From an uncultured Atribacterota bacterium (GTDB lineage Bacteria > Atribacterota > Phoenicimicrobiia > Phoenicimicrobiales > Phoenicimicrobiaceae), in assembly GCA_964567215.1 (NCBI GenBank), contig CAZMLS010000005.1:1-39993 (forward strand): a DNA stretch of 39,993 bases, in the 5' to 3' direction. Shown in pieces: positions 22,037 through 30,880 of this stretch. The translations under genes and the position numbers were made by a program. Within the stretch, counting starts at the first letter, position 1. Each line of letters opens with the position of its first letter. Under the pieces are notes generated by a model, which saw only the letters and a list, made by a program, of their open reading frames with translations, had not been told where the DNA came from and ran no database searches.

Positions 22037-23332
22037 TTAATCAAATACTCTTTTAAAGATAAAATCAATATGCTGTAGATAATTCCTGTAATCAAAACAA
22101 TCGTCTATCTCTTTGTTGCTTAAATATTTGCTCACTTCCGTATCTTTTAAGAGAAGTTCTTTAAAATCAGATTCACCCTGCCAGACCTGCATGGAAATTC
22201 CCTGTACTATCCGATAAGACTCTTCCCGGGAGAGACCTTTTGAAGCAAGCTTTAACATCACTTTCTGTGAAAAGATCAGACCTCTCGTCGTCATCAGGTT
22301 TTTTTTCATATTTTCAGGATAAACATTTAAATTTTCAATAAGTGCGGTAAATTTTTGCAATATGTAATCCATTAAAATATTACTATCCGGAATAATGATT
22401 CGCTCTGCTGAAGAATGAGAAATATCTCTCTCCTGCCATAAATTTACATTTTCCATAGCTGCCATTGAATTAGCTCTTATTACACGTGAAAGACCGCATA
22501 TCCTTTCACAGATGATTGGATTCCTTTTGTGAGGCATTGCAGACGAACCCTTCTGCCCGACAGCAAATTGTTCTTCTGTTTCATATATTTCTGTTCTCTG
22601 CATGCCTCTAATTTCAGTAGAAAATTTTTCCAGAGAACTGGCAATGATTGCAAGTATAGTTAAATAAAAAGCGTGTCTGTCTCTTTGGATAATTTGATTA
22701 GATACTTTTGCCGGCTTTAAATTTAATTTTGAACAGATATATTCTTCAACGGAAGGTTCGATGTGGGCAAAAGTTCCCACTGCTCCGGAAATTTTACCAT
22801 AGCAAATTTCTTCTCTGGCTCTTTTCATTCTTTCCAGATTTCTCTCCATTTCGGTAAACCATATAGCCATTTTGAACCCGAAAGTAATGGGTTCAGCGTG
22901 GACACCATGCGTTCTACCCATCATAACCGTGTATTTATGTTCTAATGCCTTTTTTTTAATTACTTTAATAACATTTTCAAGATCTTCTATAATGATTTCT
23001 GCAGATTCTTTTAATCTGACGGCCAATGAAGTATCTAATACATCTGAAGAAGTTAATCCTTGATGAAAAGATCTTGAATATTTTCCCAAATTTTCTCCTA
23101 CCGCCGTAGTAAATGCCAATACATCGTGTCGAGTAACCTTTTCAATCTCTTGAATACGTCTGATAGAATATTTTGCATTTTTTCTGATGTGCCTAATGCC
23201 TTCTTCATCAATTTTACCTGATTTATGTAATGCTTCACATGCTAATAATTCAACCTGAAGCCAGGTCCTATACTTATTTTCTTCTTCCCATATTTTTTTC
23301 ATTTTTGGAAAAGAATATCGTTTTATCATCAT
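22037..23332 (-). CDS. purB: Adenylosuccinate lyase
   Basis: Fumarate-lyase signature GSSAMPHKRNP. The GTG at 23338 lies inside the AGGAG SD (23342-23338), so the ATG at 23332 (or 23329) is preferred. Confidence 0.93.
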   Translation of the reverse strand: MMIKRYSFPKMKKIWEEENKYRTWLQVELLACEALHKSGKIDEEGIRHIRKNAKYSIRRIQEIEKVTRHDVLAFTTAVGENLGKYSRSFHQGLTSSDVLDTSLAVRLKESAEIIIEDLENVIKVIKKKALEHKYTVMMGRTHGVHAEPITFGFKMAIWFTEMERNLERMKRAREEICYGKISGAVGTFAHIEPSVEEYICSKLNLKPAKVSNQIIQRDRHAFYLTILAIIASSLEKFSTEIRGMQRTEIYETEEQFAVGQKGSSAMPHKRNPIICERICGLSRVIRANSMAAMENVNLWQERDISHSSAERIIIPDSNILMDYILQKFTALIENLNVYPENMKKNLMTTRGLIFSQKVMLKLASKGLSREESYRIVQGISMQVWQGESDFKELLLKDTEVSKYLSNKEIDDCFDYRNYLQHIDFIFKRVFD

Positions 23333-23355
23333 GTTCACTCCTAATAACTAATTAT

Positions 23356-23435
23356 CCAATTTACCAATTATCCAATTAACCAATTATCCAATTAACCAAT
23401 TTACCAATTAACCAATTTACCAATTATCCAATTTA
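23356..23435. repeat. Ten perfectly phased tandem 8-mers CCAATTWW
   Basis: ccaattta ccaattat ccaattaa ccaattat ccaattaa ccaattta ccaattaa ccaattta ccaattat ccaattta. Each CC start was verified at 23356 + 8n. Confidence 0.95.
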
Positions 23436-23580
23436 AGATAAAGATTAAGATTAATTAACCCATTGGTTAATTAAATTAGTTAGCTAATTAGCCGGTTAGA
23501 TGATTAAGATTAAAACCAGATAATTTAGTTAATGGTTAGCTGACCAAACAGTCTATCAATCTCTTTATATTTTTCTTTCC

Positions 23581-23625
23581 TAATTGGTCAATTGGCGAAT
23601 CGGTTAATTGGTCAATTGACCAATT
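23581..23625. repeat. About five tandem 8-mers in the opposite orientation (NNAATTGG type), ending in a 20-bp perfect palindrome
   Basis: taattggt caattggc gaatcggt taattggt caattgac. aattggtcaattgaccaatt (23606-23625) is its own reverse complement. Confidence 0.9.
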
Positions 23626-23628
23626 TTT

Positions 23629-24924
23629 TTATTTAAATACTTTTTCTCTTATAATGGTTTGGCTTCTCCTTGGACCAACAGATACAATTGCTACTCTTGT
23701 ATTCGTTAACTCCTCTATTCTTTTTATATATTTCTTTAATTGCATGGGTAGATTATCATAATCAGTAATTTGAGATATATCTTCTTCCCATCCCTCCAAC
23801 TCTTCATACATCGGTGTACATTTTTTTAAAATCTCTAAATCACTTGGAAATTCCTTTATTGATTCTCCTTCGTATTGATATGATGTACATATCTTTAATT
23901 TTTTTAAACCGCTTAAAACATCAATTTTCGTTACTGCCATGCTATCCATTCCATTTATCCTGACAGCATATTTAACCACTACAACATCAAACCATCCACA
24001 TCTTCGAGGTCTTCCTGTAGTAGCTCCAAATTCTCCACCTTTTTTTCGAATATGCTCACCCATTTCGCCGAGCATCTCTGTTGGAAAAGGTCCTTCACCC
24101 ACTCTTGTAGTATATGCTTTGGTTATTCCTAAAACTTTGTCTATTTTGGTAGGCCCTACACCAATTCCCGTACAAGCACCGCCGGCAATCGGAGATGATG
24201 AAGTGACATAAGGGTAAGTCCCGTGGTCAATATCCAATAGAGTGCCCTGGGCTCCCTCAAATAATATATTTTTATTTTCATTGATTGCCTGATTTACCAA
24301 TAAAGATACATCTCGAATATACTTTTTTAATGATTGCCCATACTTTACATATTCTTTTAAAATAGATGATTGCTCTTTAATCGTAATTTCAGTATTATAT
24401 AATTTTTTTAAACTTTCATTTTTTTCTTTGAAGTTTGTCTTTAATTTCCCTTCTAAAATATTTTTATCAATTAAATCTGACATTCTTATCCCGCAACGGG
24501 CATTCTTATCTATATAAGCAGGCCCGATTCCCCTTTTGGTTGTACCTATTTTGTTTTTTTCCCGCTTTTCTTCCTTTTTCTCATCTAATATTTTATGGTA
24601 TGGTAAAACAACGTGTGTTTTCGAATCTACAAATAACTTTCCTTCGACTTCAATTCCCTGGTGTTTTAAATCTTCTATTTCCTGTAATAAAGATGCAGGA
24701 TCTATTACTACTCCGCTTCCGATATAGCATTTCTTCCCTTCATGTAAAATACCGGAAGGAACCAGGTGAAATATATACTGTTTTTCCCCTTTGACTACAG
24801 TATGTCCTGCATTACATCCGCCTTGATATCTCACTATTATACTGCTTTCTTCGGAAAGCAAATCAGTTATTTTTCCTTTACCCTCGTCTCCCCATTGAGA
24901 CCCGACAACTATTATAGTAGACAT
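23629..24924 (-). CDS. purA: Adenylosuccinate synthetase
   Basis: P-loop QWGDEGKGK, GGCNAGHT, GTTKRGIGPAY, TGRPRRCGW. Confidence 0.96.
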   Translation of the reverse strand: MSTIIVVGSQWGDEGKGKITDLLSEESSIIVRYQGGCNAGHTVVKGEKQYIFHLVPSGILHEGKKCYIGSGVVIDPASLLQEIEDLKHQGIEVEGKLFVDSKTHVVLPYHKILDEKKEEKREKNKIGTTKRGIGPAYIDKNARCGIRMSDLIDKNILEGKLKTNFKEKNESLKKLYNTEITIKEQSSILKEYVKYGQSLKKYIRDVSLLVNQAINENKNILFEGAQGTLLDIDHGTYPYVTSSSPIAGGACTGIGVGPTKIDKVLGITKAYTTRVGEGPFPTEMLGEMGEHIRKKGGEFGATTGRPRRCGWFDVVVVKYAVRINGMDSMAVTKIDVLSGLKKLKICTSYQYEGESIKEFPSDLEILKKCTPMYEELEGWEEDISQITDYDNLPMQLKKYIKRIEELTNTRVAIVSVGPRRSQTIIREKVFK

Positions 24925-25010
24925 AAAAAATTACCTGCCTTTTCTTTGATATTTTAATCACTTCAATTAATTTATTATACATGCTTCTTATCGTATTAAA
25001 CTTAAAGTTT

Positions 25011-25049
25011 AAAGCGAAAAACGAAAAACTATAATTTAAAATTCAAAAT
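25011..25049 (+). repeat. Copy of the dispersed A-rich element (aaagcgaaaaacgaaaaactataatttaaaattcaaaat)
   Basis: Shares aaagcgaaaaac and ataatttaaaatt[c/t]aaaat with 38296-38335. Related in inverse orientation to 10243-10297. Confidence 0.7.
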
Positions 25050-25140
25050 ATTTAAAACCAACCATGGTTTTTAGTGTATAAGCCAAATTTATCTTTCACC
25101 CCTGGATTCCCCCATTCGTGGGAATGACAGTTGAGAGTTT

Positions 25141-25459
25141 AATTTTTCATTTTTCTCGATACTCGATACTATTTTTTCTTCTGTCTTCTTCCTTCTCTTT
25201 CCTTAACTAGCTAACCAACTAACCAGCTAACTAATTCTATATAAACGATACTATATACTGTTTTTCTCTCCCACATTTATTCCCGCATCCTCACTAAATA
25301 CCATATACTAAATACTATATACTGTCTTCTTTTTCCCCACGATTCAAACCTGCATCTTCTCTCTTGTAATTACATACCCGATACTGATTTTCTTTCCTAC
25401 AATTCTTCCCACATCCCATCTTGGACTATATACTCAATACTGTATACTATATACTGATT
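25141..25459. repeat. Composite spacer: (TCGATAC)n, a polypyrimidine run, (CTAACNR)n, then three degenerate ~61-66-bp units, each a GATAC/ATACT heptamer run plus a C-rich core
   Basis: ctcgatactcgatact (25155-25170). taactagctaaccaactaaccagctaactaa (25205-25233). Cores cccacatttattcccgcatcc (25269-), cccacgattcaaacctgcatc (25335-), cctacaattcttcccacatcc (25396-). Confidence 0.75.
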
Positions 25460-27007
25460 TCACTCCCATTCAATGGTTGCAGGCGGTTTTGAACTTATAT
25501 CATAAACTACTCTATTAATCCCTTTTACTTCATTTATAATCCGATTAGATATTTCTCCCAATATTTCATAAGGTATTTTCACCCAATCAGCGGTCATTCC
25601 ATCATTGCTGATTACAATTCGTAAAGCTATGGTGAAGTCATAGGTACGAACATCTCCCATAACACCAACTGTTTTAATTGGAAGAAGAACGCCAAAAGAC
25701 TGCCATACTTTTTTATACCAACCATTTTTTACTATTTCCTGCTTAATTATTTCGTCTGCTTCTTTTAAAATATCCAATTTTTCTCTATCAACCGGACCGA
25801 TAATTCTTATCGAAAGTCCGGGTCCGGGAAAAGGTTGTCTCCATATAACCTGCTCGGGGAATTTTAATTTTTCTGCAATTTTTCTTACCTCATCCTTAAA
25901 TAAATATCTAAGTGGTTCCAGGACTTTTAACTTCATCTCTTCAGGTAAACCACCGACATTATGATGAGATTTGATAGTAGAAGAAGGCCCTTTCAAAGAA
26001 ATACTTTCAATGACATCCGGATAAAGTGTACCTTGCAATAAATATTTTACTTCACCGATACTATGCGCTTTTTCCTCAAATACTTTAATAAATTGCTTTC
26101 CGATAATTTTTCTTTTTTTCTCCGGATCAATGATGCCTTTTAAACGAGATAAGAATTGTTCAGATGCATCAATATAATTAAGTTTCATCTTAAAATTCTT
26201 TTCAAATACCCTCTGTACTTCTTCCTCTTCACCCTTTCTTAGCAAACCATTATTAATAAAAATACAGTGCAATTGATTTCCAATGGCTTTTTTTGTCAAG
26301 AAAGCGGCAACCAAAGAATCTATTCCTCCGCTTACACCGGCAACCACATTGTTTCTTCCTACTTCATTCTTTATCTCTTTAATTGATTGTTCGATAAAAG
26401 ATTCAAGATTCCAATCAGCCTTACACCGGCATATTCTATACAAAAAATTTTCGAACAATTTTTCACCTAATGGAGTATGGGTTACTTCAGGGTGAAATTG
26501 TACGCCATAAATTTTCTTGTATTTATTTTTCATCGCTGCTACTGTGGTATTTTTACTATAGGCAATTATATTAAAATCTTCAGGGACATTTTTTATCAAG
26601 TCCTGATGACTCATCCAACAAATCGTTTTATCTGGAAAATCATAAAAAATATCTTCACGGTTATCTACATTAATTTCTATTCTCCCGTATTCTGCTTGAG
26701 AAGCTGCGGTTACTTTCCCTCCTAAAACTTGCGCTATACACTGGGCTCCGTAACAAATCCCCAAAATAGGGATCCCCATGTCGAATATTCTTTTATCACA
26801 TATCGGTGCCTCATTTTCATACACACTTGATGGACCACCGGACAATATAATACCTTTAGGAAGATTTTCTCCTATTTTTTCCAATGAATCATTGTAAGGA
26901 AATATTTTTGAATAAACTTTTGCTTCCCTTATTCTTCGAGCAATTAATTGAGTATATTGGGAACCAAAATCTAAAATAGCAATCCACTCTTTATTTTTTC
27001 TCTCCAT
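25460..27007 (-). CDS. guaA: GMP synthase (glutamine-hydrolysing)
   Basis: GATase Cys (GICYGAQ), HPEV, PP-loop SGGIDS, C-terminal PPATIEWE. The ATG at 27007 is preferred over the GTG at 27019, which lies within the SD-like GGGGTGA. Confidence 0.95.
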   Translation of the reverse strand: MERKNKEWIAILDFGSQYTQLIARRIREAKVYSKIFPYNDSLEKIGENLPKGIILSGGPSSVYENEAPICDKRIFDMGIPILGICYGAQCIAQVLGGKVTAASQAEYGRIEINVDNREDIFYDFPDKTICWMSHQDLIKNVPEDFNIIAYSKNTTVAAMKNKYKKIYGVQFHPEVTHTPLGEKLFENFLYRICRCKADWNLESFIEQSIKEIKNEVGRNNVVAGVSGGIDSLVAAFLTKKAIGNQLHCIFINNGLLRKGEEEEVQRVFEKNFKMKLNYIDASEQFLSRLKGIIDPEKKRKIIGKQFIKVFEEKAHSIGEVKYLLQGTLYPDVIESISLKGPSSTIKSHHNVGGLPEEMKLKVLEPLRYLFKDEVRKIAEKLKFPEQVIWRQPFPGPGLSIRIIGPVDREKLDILKEADEIIKQEIVKNGWYKKVWQSFGVLLPIKTVGVMGDVRTYDFTIALRIVISNDGMTADWVKIPYEILGEISNRIINEVKGINRVVYDISSKPPATIEWE

Positions 27008-27288
27008 AAATAAAATCACCCCGGTTTTTTAATAGCTTTTTTAAATTTTACTCTTTTTGACATGTTGCAAGAAAAAAATTACAGTTCATATTATATCATA
27101 TCTTCATATATTAGCTATATTTATTTAAATTTTATATTTTTTTTAAAAAAAAGAAGGATTTTTGTGTTCATATATAGTATATTATTATTATAATATAGTT
27201 TAGTTTGAAAAATTATGTTTAAAATAAGAAATTGATGTCTAATAACATAGAAATATTCTCCCAATTTAATATAGAAACCTGTATGAAG

Positions 27289-27470
27289 ACAGGAGGAGAA
27301 ATCTTTTCTTTATTGAAAAGGGGCCGAAGGTGTACGATGTATAATACATTTAAACTCTCAGGCAAAAGGACTCCTGTTGGACAGAACTCTGGAAAGTTTT
27401 TTAATAAACACCGAAGGGGTAATTTCTATCATCAACTGAAAGAAAAATCTCTCAGGTATAAAGACAGAGT
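27289..27470 (+). promoter_or_regulatory. Tandem glycine riboswitch (two aptamers)
   Basis: Aptamer 1: P1 acaggag...ctcctgt (27289-27377) with ggagaa, gccgaaggtg and ctctcaggcaaaaggac. Aptamer 2: P1 actctg...cagagt (27386-27470) with ctggaaag, caccgaaggggtaa and ctctcaggtataaagac. The layout matches the Bacillus subtilis gcvT leader. Confidence 0.93.
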
Positions 27471-27511
27471 AGGAATACTAAATCCATTCCTTCTTTGTCT
27501 TTTTTATTTTT
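27461..27511 (+). terminator. Riboswitch expression-platform terminator (glycine ON switch)
   Basis: aagacagagtaggaat / actaaatcc / attccttctttgtctt: 16 positions with 1 mismatch and 1 G-U, followed by tttttatttttt. The left arm overlaps the 3' strand of aptamer-2 P1. Confidence 0.85.
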
Positions 27512-27618
27512 AATATAAAAAAGATTTAATGGAATAAGAAAGGAGTTGACTGCAATATATCATAAAATATTCTTTTTTTATTAATAATATTTAAATTAAT
27601 CTATTGGAGGAAATATTA

Positions 27619-28005
27619 ATGAGTAACAAAATTATTGAAGGCTTATTTTACGCTAAAAGTGATGAATGGCTAAAAATAGAAGATGGCATTGGAACCATTG
27701 GAATCAGTGATTACGCCCAGGACCAATTGGGTGATATTGTTTATGTGGAAAGCATTGAAAAAGGGAAAAAATTAAAACAGGGCGAATCATTTACGACCAT
27801 TGAATCTGTAAAGGCCGTATCTGATATGAACGCACCGGTTTCAGGAGAAATCATAGAAGTTAATGAAAAAATAGTGGGTGATACTTCTCTATTAAATCAA
27901 GATCCTTATGGTGAAGGATGGGTTGCTAAAATTGAAATTGATAATGAAGACGAAGTAAAAAACCTTATGAATTCTAAAGAATATTCAGAATATCGAAAAG
28001 AATAG
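27619..28005 (+). CDS. gcvH: Glycine cleavage system H protein
   Basis: Lipoyl-lysine motif ESVKAVSD and GEGW near the C-terminus. ATG at 27619 with GGAGG (27606-27610) 8 nt upstream. The track's TTG at 27604 overlaps this SD. Confidence 0.93.
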   Translation: MSNKIIEGLFYAKSDEWLKIEDGIGTIGISDYAQDQLGDIVYVESIEKGKKLKQGESFTTIESVKAVSDMNAPVSGEIIEVNEKIVGDTSLLNQDPYGEGWVAKIEIDNEDEVKNLMNSKEYSEYRKE

Positions 28006-28018
28006 AGGTGTAATAGAT

Positions 28019-29362
28019 ATGAGATATATTCCAAATACTAATGAACAAAAAGAAGAGATGTTGAAAAATATCGGTGTTTCTTCTTTTGAGCAATTAATTG
28101 AAAATGTCCCGGATACTGTTCGGTTGAAGGGAAAATTAAACATCCCTGACGCAATGTCTGAAAGCGAATTAGAAGATCATGTTGTTAATATCTCTCAAAA
28201 GAATAGTGATTTCTATTCAATGAAACCTCTAATAGGAGCTGGATCCTATCGTCACTTTATACCGGAAGCGGTAAAATCGCTTCTCCAAAGAGAGGAATTT
28301 TGGACTTGTTATACCCCCTACCAGCCTGAATTAAGTCAAGGCACGCTTCAAACCATCTTTGAATATCAAAGTTATATTTCGAGATTGACCAAAATGGAAG
28401 TGGTGGTCCCTTCCATATATGACGGTGCTTCTGCCACAGCTGAAGCTGCTTTGATGGCTTTAAGGTTAACCCACAAAAACAAAATCATTATATCTTCATT
28501 GCTTCATCCTCATTATCTGGAAACGGTCAAAACCTACCTGGCCCCACATGAAAGTGAATTGATTAATTTACCTTTTATCAATGGTTTAACTGATATGGAA
28601 AAACTAAAATCGTTGCTTGATGAGGACACTGCAGCAATCATTATACAAAGTCCAAATTTTTTCGGTGGAATAGAGAAATTAGCAGAAATTTCCGAATTGG
28701 CACATGCTAAAAAAATATTACTAATCAGCGTAAACGTGGAGAGCATGTCTTTAGGAATATTAACTGCTCCCGGCGATAATAACGTTGATATCGCCGTAGA
28801 AAACGCTCAGTCATTCGGTATGGATTTGAACTTTGGAGGCCCGTATAATGCTTCCCTGGCAACTAAAAAGCAATACATCAGGCAACTTCCGGGAAGAATT
28901 ATAGGTGAAACAGTAGATATTGATGGAAAACGTGCTTTCGTAATGACCATGCGTGCTCGAGAGCAAGATATCCGGAGAGAAAAAGCCACTTCCAATATTT
29001 GTACCAACCATAACTTAAATATTGTTGCTGCAAATATTTTCCTTTCTTTATTGGGAACTGAAGGTGTATATAAAACTTCTCTTCTTAATATGAAATTGGC
29101 TCATTATCTGGAAGACCTGTTATTAAAATCAGGAAAATTTGAAAAAGTCTTTGATTATCCTTTCTATAATGAATTTCTATTAAAAAGCAAAACAGACCTA
29201 TCCCTTTTAAAAACTAAATTATTGGAAAATAATTTTATTCCACCTCTTTCGATCTCGAGATTCTATAACCATAATAATCTGGAAAATGTTTTGCTCTTTG
29301 CGGTCACAGAGATATTCAACCGGGATAGTCTAAACAAAGTAGCCAAAGTGCTGTCGGAATAA
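28019..29362 (+). CDS. gcvPA: Glycine dehydrogenase (decarboxylating) subunit 1
   Basis: YIPNT N-terminus, TPYQPELSQGTLQ, REQDIRREKATSNICT. Confidence 0.93.
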   Translation: MRYIPNTNEQKEEMLKNIGVSSFEQLIENVPDTVRLKGKLNIPDAMSESELEDHVVNISQKNSDFYSMKPLIGAGSYRHFIPEAVKSLLQREEFWTCYTPYQPELSQGTLQTIFEYQSYISRLTKMEVVVPSIYDGASATAEAALMALRLTHKNKIIISSLLHPHYLETVKTYLAPHESELINLPFINGLTDMEKLKSLLDEDTAAIIIQSPNFFGGIEKLAEISELAHAKKILLISVNVESMSLGILTAPGDNNVDIAVENAQSFGMDLNFGGPYNASLATKKQYIRQLPGRIIGETVDIDGKRAFVMTMRAREQDIRREKATSNICTNHNLNIVAANIFLSLLGTEGVYKTSLLNMKLAHYLEDLLLKSGKFEKVFDYPFYNEFLLKSKTDLSLLKTKLLENNFIPPLSISRFYNHNNLENVLLFAVTEIFNRDSLNKVAKVLSE

Positions 29363-29371
29363 GGAGGTAAA

Positions 29372-30850
29372 ATGATGAAATTGATATTTGAAAAAAGCGT
29401 GAAAGGGAAAGAAGGTTATTCTTTGCCTAAAGATTTATTTGATGATATTAAACTGGAAGAATGTTTACCTGAATATACTATCGGAAAAGATAAAAAAGAC
29501 CTGGTAGAGGTGTCTGAAGTAGAGGTTATACGTCATTTTACCAAGCTTTCCAAGCTGAATTATGGGCTTGATGACGGTTTTTACCCTTTGGGTTCCTGCA
29601 CCATGAAATATAATCCAAGAATTAACGAAAAATTAGCATCTCTAGGCAATTTTATTTACGCACACCCCCTGGCACCCGTAGAAACAGTACAAGGTTGCCT
29701 GGAAATTATGTACAATCTGAACAAATTGCTTTGCGAGATCAATGCAATGGATATGTTTACCATGTCCCCTGCCGCCGGAGCCCACGGAGAACTCACCGGA
29801 AATCTTATCATGCGTCAATATTTTCTAAAACGGCATGAAAAACGTTTCAAGATGTTAATACCGGATTCTGCTCATGGGACCAATCCAGCTTCTGCCGCTA
29901 TGGCAAACTTCAAGGTTATAGAATTCAAGTCCAATGAAAATGGCACAGTAGACCTGAAAGAACTGGACAGACTCATGGATGAAGAAACAGTGGGACTTAT
30001 GTTAACCAACCCGAATACTGTCGGATTGTATGATGAAGGAATTGAAGAAATCGAAAAGATTATTCACGGAAAAGGTGGATTACTCTATTATGATGGAGCT
30101 AATTTAAATGCCTCTTTAGGAATTATCAGACCGGGAGATACTGGTTTTGATATTGTCCACCTGAATTTGCATAAAACTTTTTCTACTCCTCACGGAGGTG
30201 GCGGACCGGGAGCCGGAGTTATCGGTGTTAAGAAAGATCTTATTCCCTACCTTCCCACTCCAATTGTCTGTTATGATAATGATAAAAATAAATATTACTT
30301 AAAAGATAACGGAAAAGATAGTATCGGAATGGTCAGATCATTCTGGTCTAACTTTGCAGTCATTCTTAAAACATATGCCTGGATTTTATCTATGGGACCT
30401 GACGGACTCTATGAAGCCTCTAAAACCAGCATTATCAATGCTAATTATCTTTTGACCCATCTAAAAAAATATTACAAACCGGCTTATGATCGTTATTGTG
30501 GCCATGAATGTACCTTGACCGGCAGAGAATATAAAAAATATGGGATAAAAACCTTGGACATCTCTAAAAGAATCATGGATTATGGTATGCATCCACCTAC
30601 CATCTACTTCCCGCATTTTGAACCCTATGCTGAAGAAACCATTATGATAGAACCAACAGAATCCGAAAGCAAAGAAACGCTGGATGATTTTATAGAAATT
30701 ATGATCAAAATTTCCGGGGAAGCAAAAAATAATCCTGAATTATTAACCAATGCCCCGCATAATACCCCGATTCGTAGAACCAACGATATGCTGGCGGTAA
30801 AAAGACCAATTTTAACCTACGATGATGAATTAAAATTAAAGAACCCATAA
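29372..30850 (+). CDS. gcvPB: Glycine dehydrogenase (decarboxylating) subunit 2
   Basis: PLP-lysine motif NLHKTFSTPHGGGGPG. GGAGG at 29363-29367. Either ATG (29372 or 29375) could be used. Confidence 0.93.
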   Translation: MMKLIFEKSVKGKEGYSLPKDLFDDIKLEECLPEYTIGKDKKDLVEVSEVEVIRHFTKLSKLNYGLDDGFYPLGSCTMKYNPRINEKLASLGNFIYAHPLAPVETVQGCLEIMYNLNKLLCEINAMDMFTMSPAAGAHGELTGNLIMRQYFLKRHEKRFKMLIPDSAHGTNPASAAMANFKVIEFKSNENGTVDLKELDRLMDEETVGLMLTNPNTVGLYDEGIEEIEKIIHGKGGLLYYDGANLNASLGIIRPGDTGFDIVHLNLHKTFSTPHGGGGPGAGVIGVKKDLIPYLPTPIVCYDNDKNKYYLKDNGKDSIGMVRSFWSNFAVILKTYAWILSMGPDGLYEASKTSIINANYLLTHLKKYYKPAYDRYCGHECTLTGREYKKYGIKTLDISKRIMDYGMHPPTIYFPHFEPYAEETIMIEPTESESKETLDDFIEIMIKISGEAKNNPELLTNAPHNTPIRRTNDMLAVKRPILTYDDELKLKNP

Positions 30851-30880
30851 AAAATATTTTATAAAATAGGAGTAATAACC

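Noticed and set aside
25106-25125. ATTCCC-N8-GGGAAT hairpin identical in form to the Neisseria RS3/NIME core
   Set aside because: It is a single 6-bp-arm occurrence in an unrelated AT-rich genome. This is most likely coincidence, so no homology is claimed.
25335-25360. tRNA T-arm-like string (revcomp aggtttgaatcgtgg)
   Set aside because: The flanking bases do not form a T-stem, and no acceptor or anticodon arms can be drawn. It is part of the degenerate ~65-bp repeat core.
27232-27513. 93-aa plus-strand ORF upstream of gcvH
   Set aside because: It exactly overlies the tandem glycine riboswitch and its terminator. It has no SD, and its peptide is an odd basic, low-complexity sequence. It is an RNA element, not a gene.
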